Shown: in pieces, positions 13,229 through 25,431 of the stretch
How positions within the stretch are numbered: the stretch's first letter is position 1
How the letters are laid out: every line of letters begins with the position of its first letter
From: Sphyrna mokarran
Lineage: Eukaryota
Assembly: GCA_024679065.1 (NCBI GenBank)
Contig: JAGIQG010000001.1
Coordinates: 112,840,001 to 112,904,000, forward strand
DNA length: 64,000 bases
Reading direction: 5' to 3'
Notes under the pieces: model-generated
Database searches by the model: none
The model's input: only the letters and a program-made list of their open reading frames with translations
What the model was told of the DNA's origin: nothing
Translations under genes and position numbers: made by a program

Positions 13229-13484
13229 GATGTCATCAGATTGTGTGAAAGTTAAAGCTTCAGAAGCTTATAGTAACATACTCAGAAAAAAATGTTATCT
13301 AACATGTTCAATGATTAGCTAAATATGAGCAGAATTGTATCGTGCAGCAGCAAATATTCCTTTTAAGCAAACATTAACAGGATGCATCATGAATGTTTAC
13401 TTTATTTGATTTCAGTGCACGCAATTTCTGTTTAAGCAGCGCTGACAACCTCAACTTGCTAATTCCTGCCACATGAATCAAGGT

Positions 13485-13490
13485 TTTATT
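13485..13490 (-). terminator. Candidate MRPL1 polyadenylation signal AATAAA (second candidate at 13401-13406)
   Basis: tttatt on the plus strand about 70 nt past the stop codon; usage unverified. Confidence 0.55.
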
Positions 13491-13556
13491 GCATTACACT
13501 GTGCTAAATGGATGCAAAATGGCAATTGGGAAGTACATCTGTACATAATACAATGG

Positions 13557-13681
13557 TTAATTATTGACTGTTTGATTCTTCTCTTCATAATCTTCTGTTA
13601 TTTGAGGAAGGAAAGGTTCTACATTGAACAACAAAGACTCACTGGTAGCACTGCAAATAATAGCCCGCTCAACAAATGGCC
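13557..13681 (-). CDS. MRPL1: MRPL1 coding exon 9, terminal (GPFVERAIICSATSESLL...TVNN*)
   Basis: Acceptor tttcag|; GPFV.RA...S.TSE.LL motif; TAA at 13557-13559. Confidence 0.93.
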
Positions 13682-13794
13682 CTGAAAAAGTAGAAAACAT
13701 ATGTTAACTTCAACTGTAATGCAAAAAGAGTACAAAAATTGGAACATAAAAACTAACAATTGCCTAAACACAAAATTAACCCAGAACAGTAAAA

Positions 13795-14092
13795 TGACTA
13801 GCATTGCTGCGTCACAGTGTGAAGGACTCTGGTTTGATTCCAGCTTTGGATGAGTATCTGTGTGGAGTTTGCACATTCTCCCTGTGTCTGTGTGGGTTTC
13901 CAGTTTCCTCCCACAATTCAAGAATGTGCAGAATTAGGTTGATTGGCCAAGATGTGTAGGTCAGGGAGATTAGCAGGGTAAATGCTTGGGGTTACAAGGC
14001 TGTGGGGATAGCCTTAGATGAGATACTCTGTTAGAGAGTCAGTGCAGGCTTAATGGGCCAAATGGCCTCCTTCAGCATTGTAGGGATTCTAT
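13795..14092 (+). mobile_element. tRNA-derived SINE
   Basis: GTGTGGAGTTTGCACATTCTCCC core and gtagggattct tail. Confidence 0.8.
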
Positions 14093-14639
14093 TTGAAAAT
14101 AGAAGACTGCACATTGAAAATTATATTGTCTACAGTTAGCAATTCAAAAGAAGAATAATCTTTAAAGTAGTCAGGTTTACTGGAAGTTCTCACATTTTTC
14201 TTTGTAGTACATCTTATTGTTTAACTGAGTTATTTGATCATTAGTAATCAAAAGAAAGCATAGTGGAATTCTGGAAGTCTGTTGCTTTTAAGCATGTTTT
14301 GTCTTGAATTGTGGTTTCTCTTTCTTTTGACTTGTAAATTTACTCTTCTCTGTCAGATTATATTAACATCTTACATCAGTGTGCATTTACCCATTTTCTC
14401 CATAATAAATTCTGATGTCCATGATTAAAATGGAAATTGCCTTTGTAAACTTTTCTTATTTGCAGCCAACCCCCACTTTAAACACTACCATTGATATGCA
14501 AATGAACCCTATATGTCAGCAAGGTTGTTGGAGCGGAACGCAATCTGGAGCAAAACTCATCAATTTTCTTGTTTCTATTGCAACATGAATTTCAATTCTG
14601 TTATTTTGTTTGGTTGGGTTTGATTTCTGTTCTTTGTTT

Positions 14640-16665
14640 AGGTTTACTCTCGTTTGTTTCGGTTTGATCTCAGTTTGGATTCAGGGAGCTGTCGGAGGGC
14701 AGAGCAGAGCAGAACAACACTGTATAGATTCTAACTAAAACAAATCACAAGAAATCTCTGGCTGGTATGAAGTCTGTGCTAAAGTCCAAAAAATTAATTA
14801 ATTAACTAAATAGAGCTGGTTGGGCAGGTGATGTGCTGTAGCTGTATGATGTGGGAACTGACAGATCCCATTGCGAGTTTCAGTGACCTTATCTGCAGCA
14901 TGTGTTGGTTGCTTGAAGAACTTCAGCTCAGAATTGATGAGCTGGAGTCTGAGCTTCAGATGCTACAGCACATACAGAAGGGAGAAGAGTTACCTGGACA
15001 CTTTGTTTCAGAAGGTGGTCACAGCTGGTAGATTAAGTACCTCTAATGTGGTCAATGGTCAGGGACAGTAAGGTATGACTACAAATAGGGCTGCTAAAGG
15101 GATCCTGAATTCAGAAATGGAGGAGCTTCAGCTCTTGACCTTGTTCAATAGGTATGAGTACTTGTTCCCTGTGCAGCTGAGGAAGAGGTTGGAGGGAGGA
15201 TGAGCTTGAGGACCACTACATCGTCGGACAGGAGGCCATTCAAGATGGGGGAGCAAAAAGACAAGTGGTAATTGTAGGGGATTCTACAATTAGAGGGATC
15301 AATTGATAACATCCTTTGTAAGCAGAATCGAGAGAAGCCTGCATGGTATGTTGCCTGCATGGTATGTTGCCTGCATGGTATGTTGCCTGCATGGTGTCCA
15401 GAGGGACATCTCTAACTGACCTGAAAGGATAGTGGAGTGCGAGAGAGAGGATCCAACTGGTGTGGCCCATATTGGGATAAATACCGTAGGCAAGACTGGG
15501 AAAGAGGACCTGTTTGGGAACTATCAGGCACAAGGAACTAAATTAAAGAACAAGGGTTATAATCTCTCGATTACTACCTGAGCCAAGTGCGAATAGAAAT
15601 AAGGAAATTAGGGAAATAAATACACGGTGAAAGGAATGGTGAGGGAAAGAGGCGTTCCATTTCATAGGATGTTGGCATCAGTTCTGGAACAGGAAGGATA
15701 TATATTATTGGGACAGTCTTCACCTGAACTGATCTAGAACCAGTGCTCTGATGGAAAGGATAAATAGGGTGGTCACATGGACTTTAAATGAGCAAGGGAA
15801 GGGAAGATAAAACTAGAGAAGATATAATGGTTAATGGGAAGCAAAGCAGCAGGTTAGCATTTGAGGAGCAGGTTCAACTACATGGAAAATTATGGAAAAA
15901 GGAGAACTCAGGAGATGTTATTAATGAAGGTGTTAGACTTAAAAAGATACAAAAACTAGCATAAGGGCACTTTACCTAAATGCTCATAGCATTCAAAACA
16001 AGGTAAATGAGTTGACAGCACAAATCATTGTGAATGAGTATGATTTAGTGGCCATTACAGAGACATGGTTGCAGGGTGATCATGACTGGGAATTAAATAT
16101 TCAGAGGTATCAGACTATGCAGAAGAACAAAAAGGCAGGTAAGGGGAGGGTGATGTAGCTCTGATATTTAAGGAAGGCATCAGTGCGGTAGTGAGACATG
16201 ATATAGGTTTTATGGAGAGAACGGTTTAATCCATTTGGGTGGAAATCAGTAATGGTAAAGAGAAAATGTCACTGATAGACGTAGTCTATAGGCATATAAA
16301 ATTATGAAGGGAATAAATAAGATAGAAAGCAGGGACATTGTTTCCACTGACAAGTCGACCTAGAACTAGGGGGTATAGCCTCAAAATAAGGGGGAACAGA
16401 TTTAGGACGATATTGAGGAGGAACTTCTTCAGCTAAAGAATTATGAATCTGTGGAATTCCCTGCCCATAAAGTAGTTGAGATTACCTTGTTGAATGTTTT
16501 TTAAGACAAAGATAGATTTTTGAATAATCAAGGAATTATGGGCTATAATGAGCGGCCTGGTAAGTGGAGCTCAGTCTACAAAAAGATCAACCATGATCTT
16601 ATTGAATGGCAGAGCAGGCTTGAGGGATTATGTGGCTGACTCCTGCCCCTAGTTCTTATGTTCTT
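14640..16665 (+). mobile_element. Internally deleted CR1: ORF1 (zinc/coiled-coil + SGNH esterase), start of ORF2 endonuclease, 3' end
   Basis: CCSCMMWE..C..C..LEELQLRIDELE; VVIVGDSTIRGI (GDS esterase motif); LNA.SI.NK..EL..VAITETWL (APE); CR1 3' UTR near 16640. Confidence 0.85.
15337..15395 (+). repeat. 16-bp tandem repeat (GCCTGCATGGTATGTT) x ~3.7
   Basis: Perfect units start at 15337, 15353, 15369 and 15385 (last one partial). Confidence 0.95.
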
Positions 16666-17033
16666 ATTTTTACTGCCACTCTGCTAATTCAATCAGGAGC
16701 AGGAAGCAAGCTGGGAACTTCTAGGCTCTTAACTGCCATAACTGTTTTTTTTAAACAGTACATTTTTTCTTTTCACATCTTTCATTTTTATAATCTCATT
16801 CTAAAGACTGGCAGTAACAATATCTGGTGTGAAGTTTAACATAATTGATAAGGACTGGACTGAAATGCACTATTCATTCAATCTAAATCCACATTTCTAG
16901 CTGGATTTCCACTACAGCCTGAAGAATCAACAGTAGTAAAGTCATGATGTTTGGTTTACTTCTCCAATGATTTCCAAATGTGTACATTAAAAATAGGATA
17001 CAAACTCTGAACAGGAGTACCAGTATTACTCAC

Positions 17034-17115
17034 CAAAACTCACTGGTCTATGTGTACAAACATCCTTGATAATTGTGGAAACATTAGCAGCAATGTGTTC
17101 TCTTGGCATATCCAA
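17034..17115 (-). CDS. MRPL1: MRPL1 coding exon 8 (LDMPREHIAAN...HRPVSF)
   Basis: Acceptor tttcag|, donor TTG|GTGAGT; lies within ORF 17026..17229. Confidence 0.95.
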
Positions 17116-17559
17116 CTGAAAAACAACAGAATAATTAATGGAAAAAACTATGCAGTTAAGGAGATCACAATATACATATCCAAAATGATCTGCAATCGAC
17201 GAAATTAATTTTCTTTGGTGCTTCTTCACGTTCTGTCTGCTCCATCCTAGTGTTCAAGTCACCTCTACAATCATGTTACAATGAGTATTTTCAACTTGTT
17301 CAAGCCTTAAATTCCCTATAATATTCTGTGGGTTTTTCATTCAGACCTTATAACAATAATACCATTACTCAGGAGGTTTGAATCCTTTTTTTATCCAAAA
17401 AAAATATAAAATACACATTACTACAATGACATACATAAGCTAAGTAACACTTAGTCATCAGCTCACAACTTCGGCATCCATTATAATTTAGGTGAGCCAC
17501 TGTGCTTAGCTCAATCAAATACTTCCCATGCTTTTTTGCCATTTTAGTGTAATTCTACA

Positions 17560-19480
17560 TCACTCATGGCAACTTTCACCTAAGTAGGTTGCCCATTCAT
17601 TTGGTAATGTAGAACTTGAATATTGCTGAGAAAAAAAGTGTTGAAGCTTTTTACCTTGCAGTCATCAGGAAAATCATAAACAATGACTATATACTGTATG
17701 AAAAGGGAATGCTTTAGCCCCAAGTGAACTGATTGCTTGAGGTGTTGCCATAGAAAATGCACCAGTTCCTAGTAACTGAAAGTTAACTGCCAGGCATTGT
17801 TCGCAATTTAAACTAGGCAACTTGATTCTGATTGGTGAAGACATTACCCTATGGCATATACAGCAAATGGCAGTCACTTATTTTGTTTAACTAAAACAGG
17901 CATATTGTAAGTACATGTTCTGTTTGTCTGTAAAGAACAGGCTTTGCATATTACTATGTATAGCAAGTGTTCCATACTGCAAACCCAACTGACAATCTTA
18001 AACTGTTTTTTGTGTAATTTTTAGCACACTGAGTTTTTTAAAAACGTCGTCCAATCGCTGAATCACATCTAATTTGGACTTTGTGTTTTGCAAGCATGTC
18101 CGGTTGGGTACAGTCTGTAGCTTTACCTATTGCAAAGAGTGGGAAGGACATGCTGTTTGATATCATCCGCCAATATGTGGGACATGTTGCCTAAATACTT
18201 AGCATCACACTAGCACTGAAATTCACATACCACATTATTTATCTGTGTAATAGACAGAACTTTCTTTTGGTTAGACAGCTTTATCTTGTCAGTGACTAAT
18301 ATCACTCATGTTGTTACTGCGCAGTAGCAGTGAAACAGTTAGCTTCACCTATTGCCCAAAGTTCCGAGATTGCCCTTCTAGGGAAATCTAAGAAAAAATA
18401 GGCACTTATCAGGGATGAAAACGATAGCTTTAGGTCCAGTCATGAGTTTTTATGATTGGATTAGTCAATTTCCCACAATGTGTTTGGTACACCCTATTTC
18501 AGCATCAAGCTTACATAGTGAGCAAATGGCTTGAGCCCCACCTATGAGGTGGCCAATTATGTGACATGTACAACTGTACGAATTCCAATGTGTGCAGACC
18601 AGTGAAGGCAATTTTGCGATAGACCATGATAGAGAACCCCTGGCAAATTTCTGAAATGGTAGGTCAAGGAAAGGAAATTCATTTGACTGCTCCATTTTGA
18701 GGGTGGGTTTGAGTGTAGGATGGAGCCCATTAAGACATGCAAGGAAATTATTATATGCTGCTGTAGATTTAGATATAGCAAATGATCATCCACACATTGG
18801 AAATATTCCATGACGCAGGTTAGCTGTCATTCCATTAAAACTACATTTCTCACGGAACCCAACAAAAGTATTTGTGAGAGTTGGCAAGGCAGGCATCGCA
18901 TGGCAACTCAATTTGTTTGGGCAGACATGGTGCTCCTAAAGCTGAATTCAGCTGCGTGAATTATTGAGTTCATAAGCTCAATGAATACTGATTCATGCAA
19001 TGGTGGTCATGATGTGGTGCTGCAGCGCAATTATCTGGACTTCCGTAAGTGGAACATTGGTAAAAAGGCTAGTATTGTCAAATGAGCATGTGGACACGGG
19101 ATTTTTACTTTTACACAAGTCCTGTATGGTTTGAGCAAACATGACAGAAACCTTCAATATTTATCTGAAAACTTGCTCAAACCTGATTGTAGCAATCTGC
19201 TCAACCATTTGGCCAATTCATGCTGTGCAGATAAGATTGGGGGTAAAGGAACATTTTTATGTGTCTTCGGCAGCCCATATATACTCAGATGCAGCAAGCC
19301 ATGAATAGAAACTCTGCCATATTTATAATGCTGCAGCTCACTGCTCTTATACGAGACTGGGAAATTTTTTAAGCTTATTTTCCTGCAAGGCTGTCCAGTC
19401 ATGTTGAGCAGCAGCGCCAGTTGATATGAATTTGGACCTGTCATTAAGAACAGTGTGCATTTTATTGACACAGACTGCTG
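17560..19480 (-). mobile_element. Second, older Penelope-like element (RT relic + pLTR)
   Basis: IYGLPKTHKNVPLPPILS, FD..SLFTNVP, VDD and FPFLD motifs; CTGATGA hammerhead-like box at 17662-17668 on the minus strand. Confidence 0.75.
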
Positions 19481-22400
19481 CTCATTGCTGCAAAAAAATT
19501 AAATGCAATTAAAATGGATATAATTCTACTTGTATTTGTATAGCATAGAGAGAATGAACTAATACTTTATTGTAATGTTTACTTTAGAGCACTGAAAATA
19601 ATCTTATCAGCAGCATTTCCTTTAAAATGAAATGATTACAAAGACTAAAACGAACTACAGACTCTTTCTTTCCTCTTATTACTTTGTTTTTTTTTACAGC
19701 TGGGAAATATAGCCTTCAGGAATTATCAGATCCAAAAGTGCAAAGGAGTTGTCTTAACATATATTGTTAGGAAGATTACTGAATCAACCTTAATGAAAGA
19801 GTACAGCATTATGATGGTGACCTCCTAATATACTGGAGAAATATGCTTTTACTTTCCAGCAAAATTGATCAGCTTTTAGGTTTACTGTCCAGTTTTAGTC
19901 ATGGTTTTGACTTTGACAGCTGGCAAAGAGTTATTGACAGACTCTCAGACCACTGGATTCAATTGCAGATCAAAATCATTTTCATTCCAGACACCAAACC
20001 TTCACTGTCAATAAGATTTTGTTTTAAATTTGGTGCTGATTGAATATCCTCTGCAGCTTTTTGTCAACCACTTCACAAAACTGGCAAAGCAAAGACATTG
20101 TAGCTAAAATCGTAAAAGATTTTTAATTATGTCAATACAGAGCTGCAGCAAGGCTGTTCTAAATATATAAAAATACTTCTGCTTGATGAGTTTGTATGGA
20201 AACTACAATCCATTCCTAATTTGAAACTGAATCTTGCACAATACTCATTTACTTCCCTATCCTGTATTTATCACAACGTATCTTTTACAACACTATAAAC
20301 ATACGGTGCCGTATTGACTATTTTATACTGTATGAATAAAACCATCTTACATTTGTTCATTTTAAGATGTGCAATGAATAGTTACTCAGATTTACACAGT
20401 GCAATTGCTGCCACATTTTGACATTTTTATATTTTATTTACCATGTTATAGTCGCACTAGAATCTGCTAATGCTGAAGAGTAACAGGTGATGTTCATCAT
20501 TCTATCAACTAATATAATGCATACGGATAACCTAAGTAAAAGTGCTTGTCATGTTGTTCATTTTTTTCCATTTTCTAAATTTAGATCCTTGTATGAGTGA
20601 GATTGCTTCCAATTTTAAAAAGATTAATAAGTGCAGTGAAATAAAAATGGTGCTGCACAGGAGGACTATACAATCTTGTATATTATTACACACTTTTCTG
20701 TTATTTTAAGTATGATGGTATTGATTTGGGGCAAGCAAAATAAATACCAGATTTTTGTTCTGTATCATCTGTAGGTTTTCAAACCCATTCATAATGTTAT
20801 TCACAACTATTACAAAGGCAACACTATGTTAGTAGATAGACATTAAAGTAGTAAGCCAAATTAAATTTTCATTTTTATTGAAAAGGTAAACTCTACTAAC
20901 ATTTTGCTGCTTTCTTTTTATCTTTTAGTAAGATCCCAAAATACATTTTAAAAAGTAAATCAGCTCTCAAACCATGGCCAAATGTTGCATATCTAAATGT
21001 TTAAAATTATACTGATTTTTCCATCATTACTGTAATCGAATTGTTAATTTAATTTCCTCTATTATAGAAGTCAAACGTGGCCAAATAATGTCATCTCCAA
21101 CTTATGAGAAAGCTTAATCATTATTGAAACTCATTATAGCTATAAAACGTGAAAATTAAAGTTACCATTTAATTCATGATGAATTATATAACTGCAAATT
21201 TTAAACTTGGAGAGACTTCTAACCCTTTAAGAGTTCTTTAAAAATGTCCAATTGGCCATTTTACATTGGACATCGATTCAGATCAAATAAAAAAACTTTT
21301 TATTTTTGAAGAAACCTAAATTTTAGCTTTAAATAAATTGTTTCATATTTCCCAAATATTATCACATCATTAATTATATAAAAGACATATATTGAATTTG
21401 AATTCATAATAAAATAAAAGACACTTTGAAAACCAAATATGATATAATCAGAATATCTACCAGATTAATCCGCATAAAGTTAATACAATCCACTCCAGGC
21501 ACCAAAGGTTGATGAGCAACTTAAAAATGTATTCCGGATTCATTATTCAAATCATTCCAGGTTGGCAAAGACTTGTGAACCATATCTTGTTATCTGGAGT
21601 TACAGAACCTCACCATGTTTTTTTCAAAATCAAACATTAAATAAGCTTTCTCAATTCCATAGATTGCTGTTTTTAAACCAAAGAGGAAAACACTAAGGAC
21701 TAGTGTTCAAATATATTTCTTTAGTATGCTATTGAAGTACAGTATCTCACAGTTTTAGAAACTCGCTGAGCCTTTTCTTTCCCCCAAGAAACACAGTCTT
21801 CACATAATTCGTCCACAGTTCACGTCAGACACTTTCTGAAAATCCTTCAGTTGGCACAGACTGGTTTTCCACATTTTGCGTTTTGCAGCAAATTGAATAC
21901 AAAAGAACAAGGCACACAATGATGTACAGTCCCACTATCAGCCAAACTACAGTCCCAAAGAAGACAAAGCAGATCAGTCCCCTCTCCATTTTGTCAAGCT
22001 TCTGGGACTTGGATTTAAATAAGTCGAGACAGAAAAGAATGATAAAATTGAATGCATCAATCAAAGCAGCTGTAATCAAACAGGACTTCCTGCTGTCTGA
22101 ATGCTCCAGTTGCTACAGCTATATGAAAAGAAACAGCTGTCATAATGTTTGTAAGTGGCTCAAAGTTCAGGTGATTTTTAAATAGATATTCACATTGTGA
22201 TACATTCAAAATACATTATGAATCCTGAAACAATAGATAAAAAGTTTACTGAATAACAACTCTCTATGAAATGACTTCAGGATAATGAATTAAACTGCAG
22301 TTCTTTTATAAAACAAAAAGGAAAATGCTACAAAAAGGAAAATCATTACCGGCATGATAATGCTGAACTTGAAGATCAACTCTTCCAAGAATATTTTCTG

Positions 22401-22744
22401 GTTCAATAAATTCAGACTATTGTCCATTATATACTACATCCATAGGGAGTAATAGCAATGTTCAAATGCTATTGCCATGTTAGTGACACTGTAAGCATAA
22501 TGCTATGCCATCTACAATTATATGACAATCTATCAGCTGAACTCAAGACTCTTATGTCAATCTCACTGCAGAATATTCACCACTGAGTGGCACTATAGTG
22601 GTGCATTCACCAAAGAATAACAGGCATCTTCAAAGACATTTCCAATACACTCGCCCATCGGCTACCCCCGCCTCTGTTTTTAACCAAGTAGTATGAGTTC
22701 TGCTCCAGCAGAGTCACCAGCTCTGAGTGACAACCTCTTCTGTT

Positions 22745-22955
22745 TGAAAAACAGAAAATGCTGGAAAATCTCAGGAAATCGGACAGCATCTGTGGACAGC
22801 GAATACAGCCAACATTTTGAGTCTGGATGATCCTTCATCAGAGCTGGAAGAAGGAAGAGCACTATTTTCTCTTCACAGATGTTGTCAGATCTGCTGAGAT
22901 TTTCCAGCATATTTTGTTATTGTTTCAGATTCCAGCATTCGCAGCATTTTGCCTC
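22745..22955. mobile_element. Palindromic Penelope-derived element with an internal hammerhead-like motif
   Basis: Arms ATGCTGGAAAATCTCAG..ACAGCATCTGTG / CACAGATGTTGTC..CTGAGATTTTCCAGCAT; minus strand CAGCT-CTGATGA-AGGATC..GACTC-AAAATGTT-GGCTG at 22806-22846. Confidence 0.65.
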
Positions 22956-24829
22956 AACCCGTTCTGTTTAGTGGCAGTAGTGCCATCACAGCTGTGCTGC
23001 TTTCCCCCAGCATTTGTTAAATGACTGCCTTGTCTGATGGATCGTTCTGCCTACTGTTGCTATGCAGTCTCTTACAATTGCTCACCAGGGTGGTGCTATG
23101 GACAACAATGTTTGCCATCTGTCACAGTAAAATTAGAATAACTTTGAATATTATGATCTTTATCGAGACTGAGCCACTGCTTAAGATGACAAACTGGCAG
23201 CTGTCACTTGGGTTTCTTTTTTGAGAACAGACTGAGAAGGATTAGCTGGAAAGCCACTGAAGTTGAGCATATTTGGTGGCTCACTAAATATCCAGATCAG
23301 CTAAATCCAATTCTCCAGCTTCAACCTCATTGTAGCAATGCTCCTCTACTCATGTTTTTTCATTCTCTCCTTTTGTAGCAAAAACCTGTGCAGCCAATAC
23401 AATTACTCATGTCTTGAACACAACACAGTATCCAACAGAAACAAGTTGCAGCAATGCATTCACAATCTTTAGATCAGCACACAAAAGGCAACCACACCTT
23501 CAATAAATTACACAACTCTCCAACATCACCTCCGTTGAATGCTAACAATTAGTAAACATTTCATTGGATCAAGTGATGAAATGGTGTCAAACTCATTCAT
23601 TAGTGCATAAAATTGTTACAAATTTATGTCAAAAGTTCTTACCATCATTATCACCACTATGGATTGCAAAAATTCATGAAACTGCTAACGTGATTAATTG
23701 CTGCCAGTAATATTATTAAACAGTATTATCAATATATTAGACCTCTGCAGTTTTTCTCACGCACAGAAAAGTACACCAGATAATGATTACAGGGAGGAGG
23801 TAAAAGACAAAATCAAGTATTGGGAAAGAACACAGGAAAGAATGAATTCTGGTTTAAAAGCAGTGATTTTAAATTGTTTTGGAAAGGGGAAAGAACTTAG
23901 AAAAAAAAGCAGTAACATTTCGACAAGCATGTTGCTGCTATCCAAGTATGTGATTGCATTTACAGGCCACAGCTTTCAAAGTTACCCATAACTACATAGC
24001 AGCTCCTCGAATTCATAACTCTCAGAGTTTCTATTTACCAGAACATTTCTCCAAATGCTCAAAATCTGCTTGGATCTGTTGATAAACAAATATCAATTCC
24101 CTGTACATGATCTCTTTAGGAGTATCAAACAATAGTTGGCCAATCTTTAGCTTACAATTTATTTCATCTGATCACAAGAAAGCATTTTTTTAAAAGTCAG
24201 CTGTGTTGAGAGCACATGATTTAACCTGTGGCTAATACAATTTCAACAGTTACATATGCACAACTGAAAATACACTAGTTAAATCAGAAGACAATAATTT
24301 ACTAGAGCAGAAAATTTAAAATACAACTTTCTCCTGCAAGAGTAAGATTTGATTTATTATTTGGTTCATTAAAATTAATCACTAACATTACTGCTGGTAC
24401 AATCTGTTAAACTACAGAACACAGTAAATCAAAATACCCACAACTGATGATTTAAAAATATTAGGTTACCTGGATTCTATCACAGTTTACTTGAATTTTT
24501 TCTGGAATATAGCAGTTAAATTTTATTTTCATAATCAAAGCCAATTATTACATAATATCTAAAGGTACATCAAACAATTTATCCAACATGGCAATATTAG
24601 ACTAAAATGAATATTCAGCACTTGCTGCAAGTATCTGAAGCTGGGCACATTCATATCAATTAAAGAAGCAATGCTAATTAAAATAGCTTTTTTTGTGAGT
24701 TGTAGATGGTGCTGTAAAAGATGAACAGACTTGACAGACAGGCATGTATCATAAACTAAACTAATCCTTTTCGCTATTAGCAATTTAAAATGCCAAGTAT
24801 TAATTCTCAGTTGTTCTAGTCGAACTTAC

Positions 24830-24930
24830 CGTCCCTATTTTAGATAGAATGTAGCAGTCACGTTCAACGAGATACTCATGGCCAGTTTGAAATACTTCTA
24901 TCATTTGGGGAATATCAGATCCAACAGAAC
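24830..24930 (-). CDS. MRPL1: MRPL1 coding exon 7 (GSVGSDIPQMIEVFQTGHE...KIGT)
   Basis: Acceptor ttccag|, donor ACG|GTAAGT; 101 nt, phase 1 -> 0. Confidence 0.95.
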
Positions 24931-25109
24931 CTGGAAAATGAAAGTACAAAATACACAAGAGGAATTCAGAGAATATATCTGCATTTGATCAAAGCAACTG
25001 AATAAAAAAACAATTGCAAACAGGTGAAACTTGCTGCAATATTCCTAAATGGGAGAAATGTATTATTATAGGTATTATGTTGTTACAAGTGCGAATTATG
25101 AATTTACCA

Positions 25110-25320
25110 AATGGTGTTGATTTAGCTCAGTTGGCTGGATGGCTTCTCAGTGAAGCAAAGTGATGCCTAGAATGCAGGTTCAACTCCTGCTCTGGACTGA
25201 GGTTATTCCTGAAAGCTTGCCTTCTTGACCCTTGCCTGAGGTGTTAAATCACCACCACTCAGCTCTTCCCCTTCAAAGAGGCAGAGCAGCCAGGGGTCAC
25301 CTGGGAATATGTTGACCTTT
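25110..25320 (+). mobile_element. tRNA-derived SINE, second family (also at 44043-44230 on the minus strand)
   Basis: TAGCTCAGTTGG A box and GGTTCAACTCC B box. Confidence 0.65.
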
Positions 25321-25431
25321 TTAAATGCAACAGTTTTAAGATGAAATTAGAAATTCTGAAAGCACCTCAACTCAGAGACAGGTCAATGTGGTTTGTTTGC
25401 CATTTGGCTGACATTTGACCTATTTGAAATT

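Noticed and set aside
15337-15395. Short direct-repeat array resembling a CRISPR
   Set aside because: No spacers, head-to-tail 16-mers, eukaryotic context, inside CR1 ORF1.
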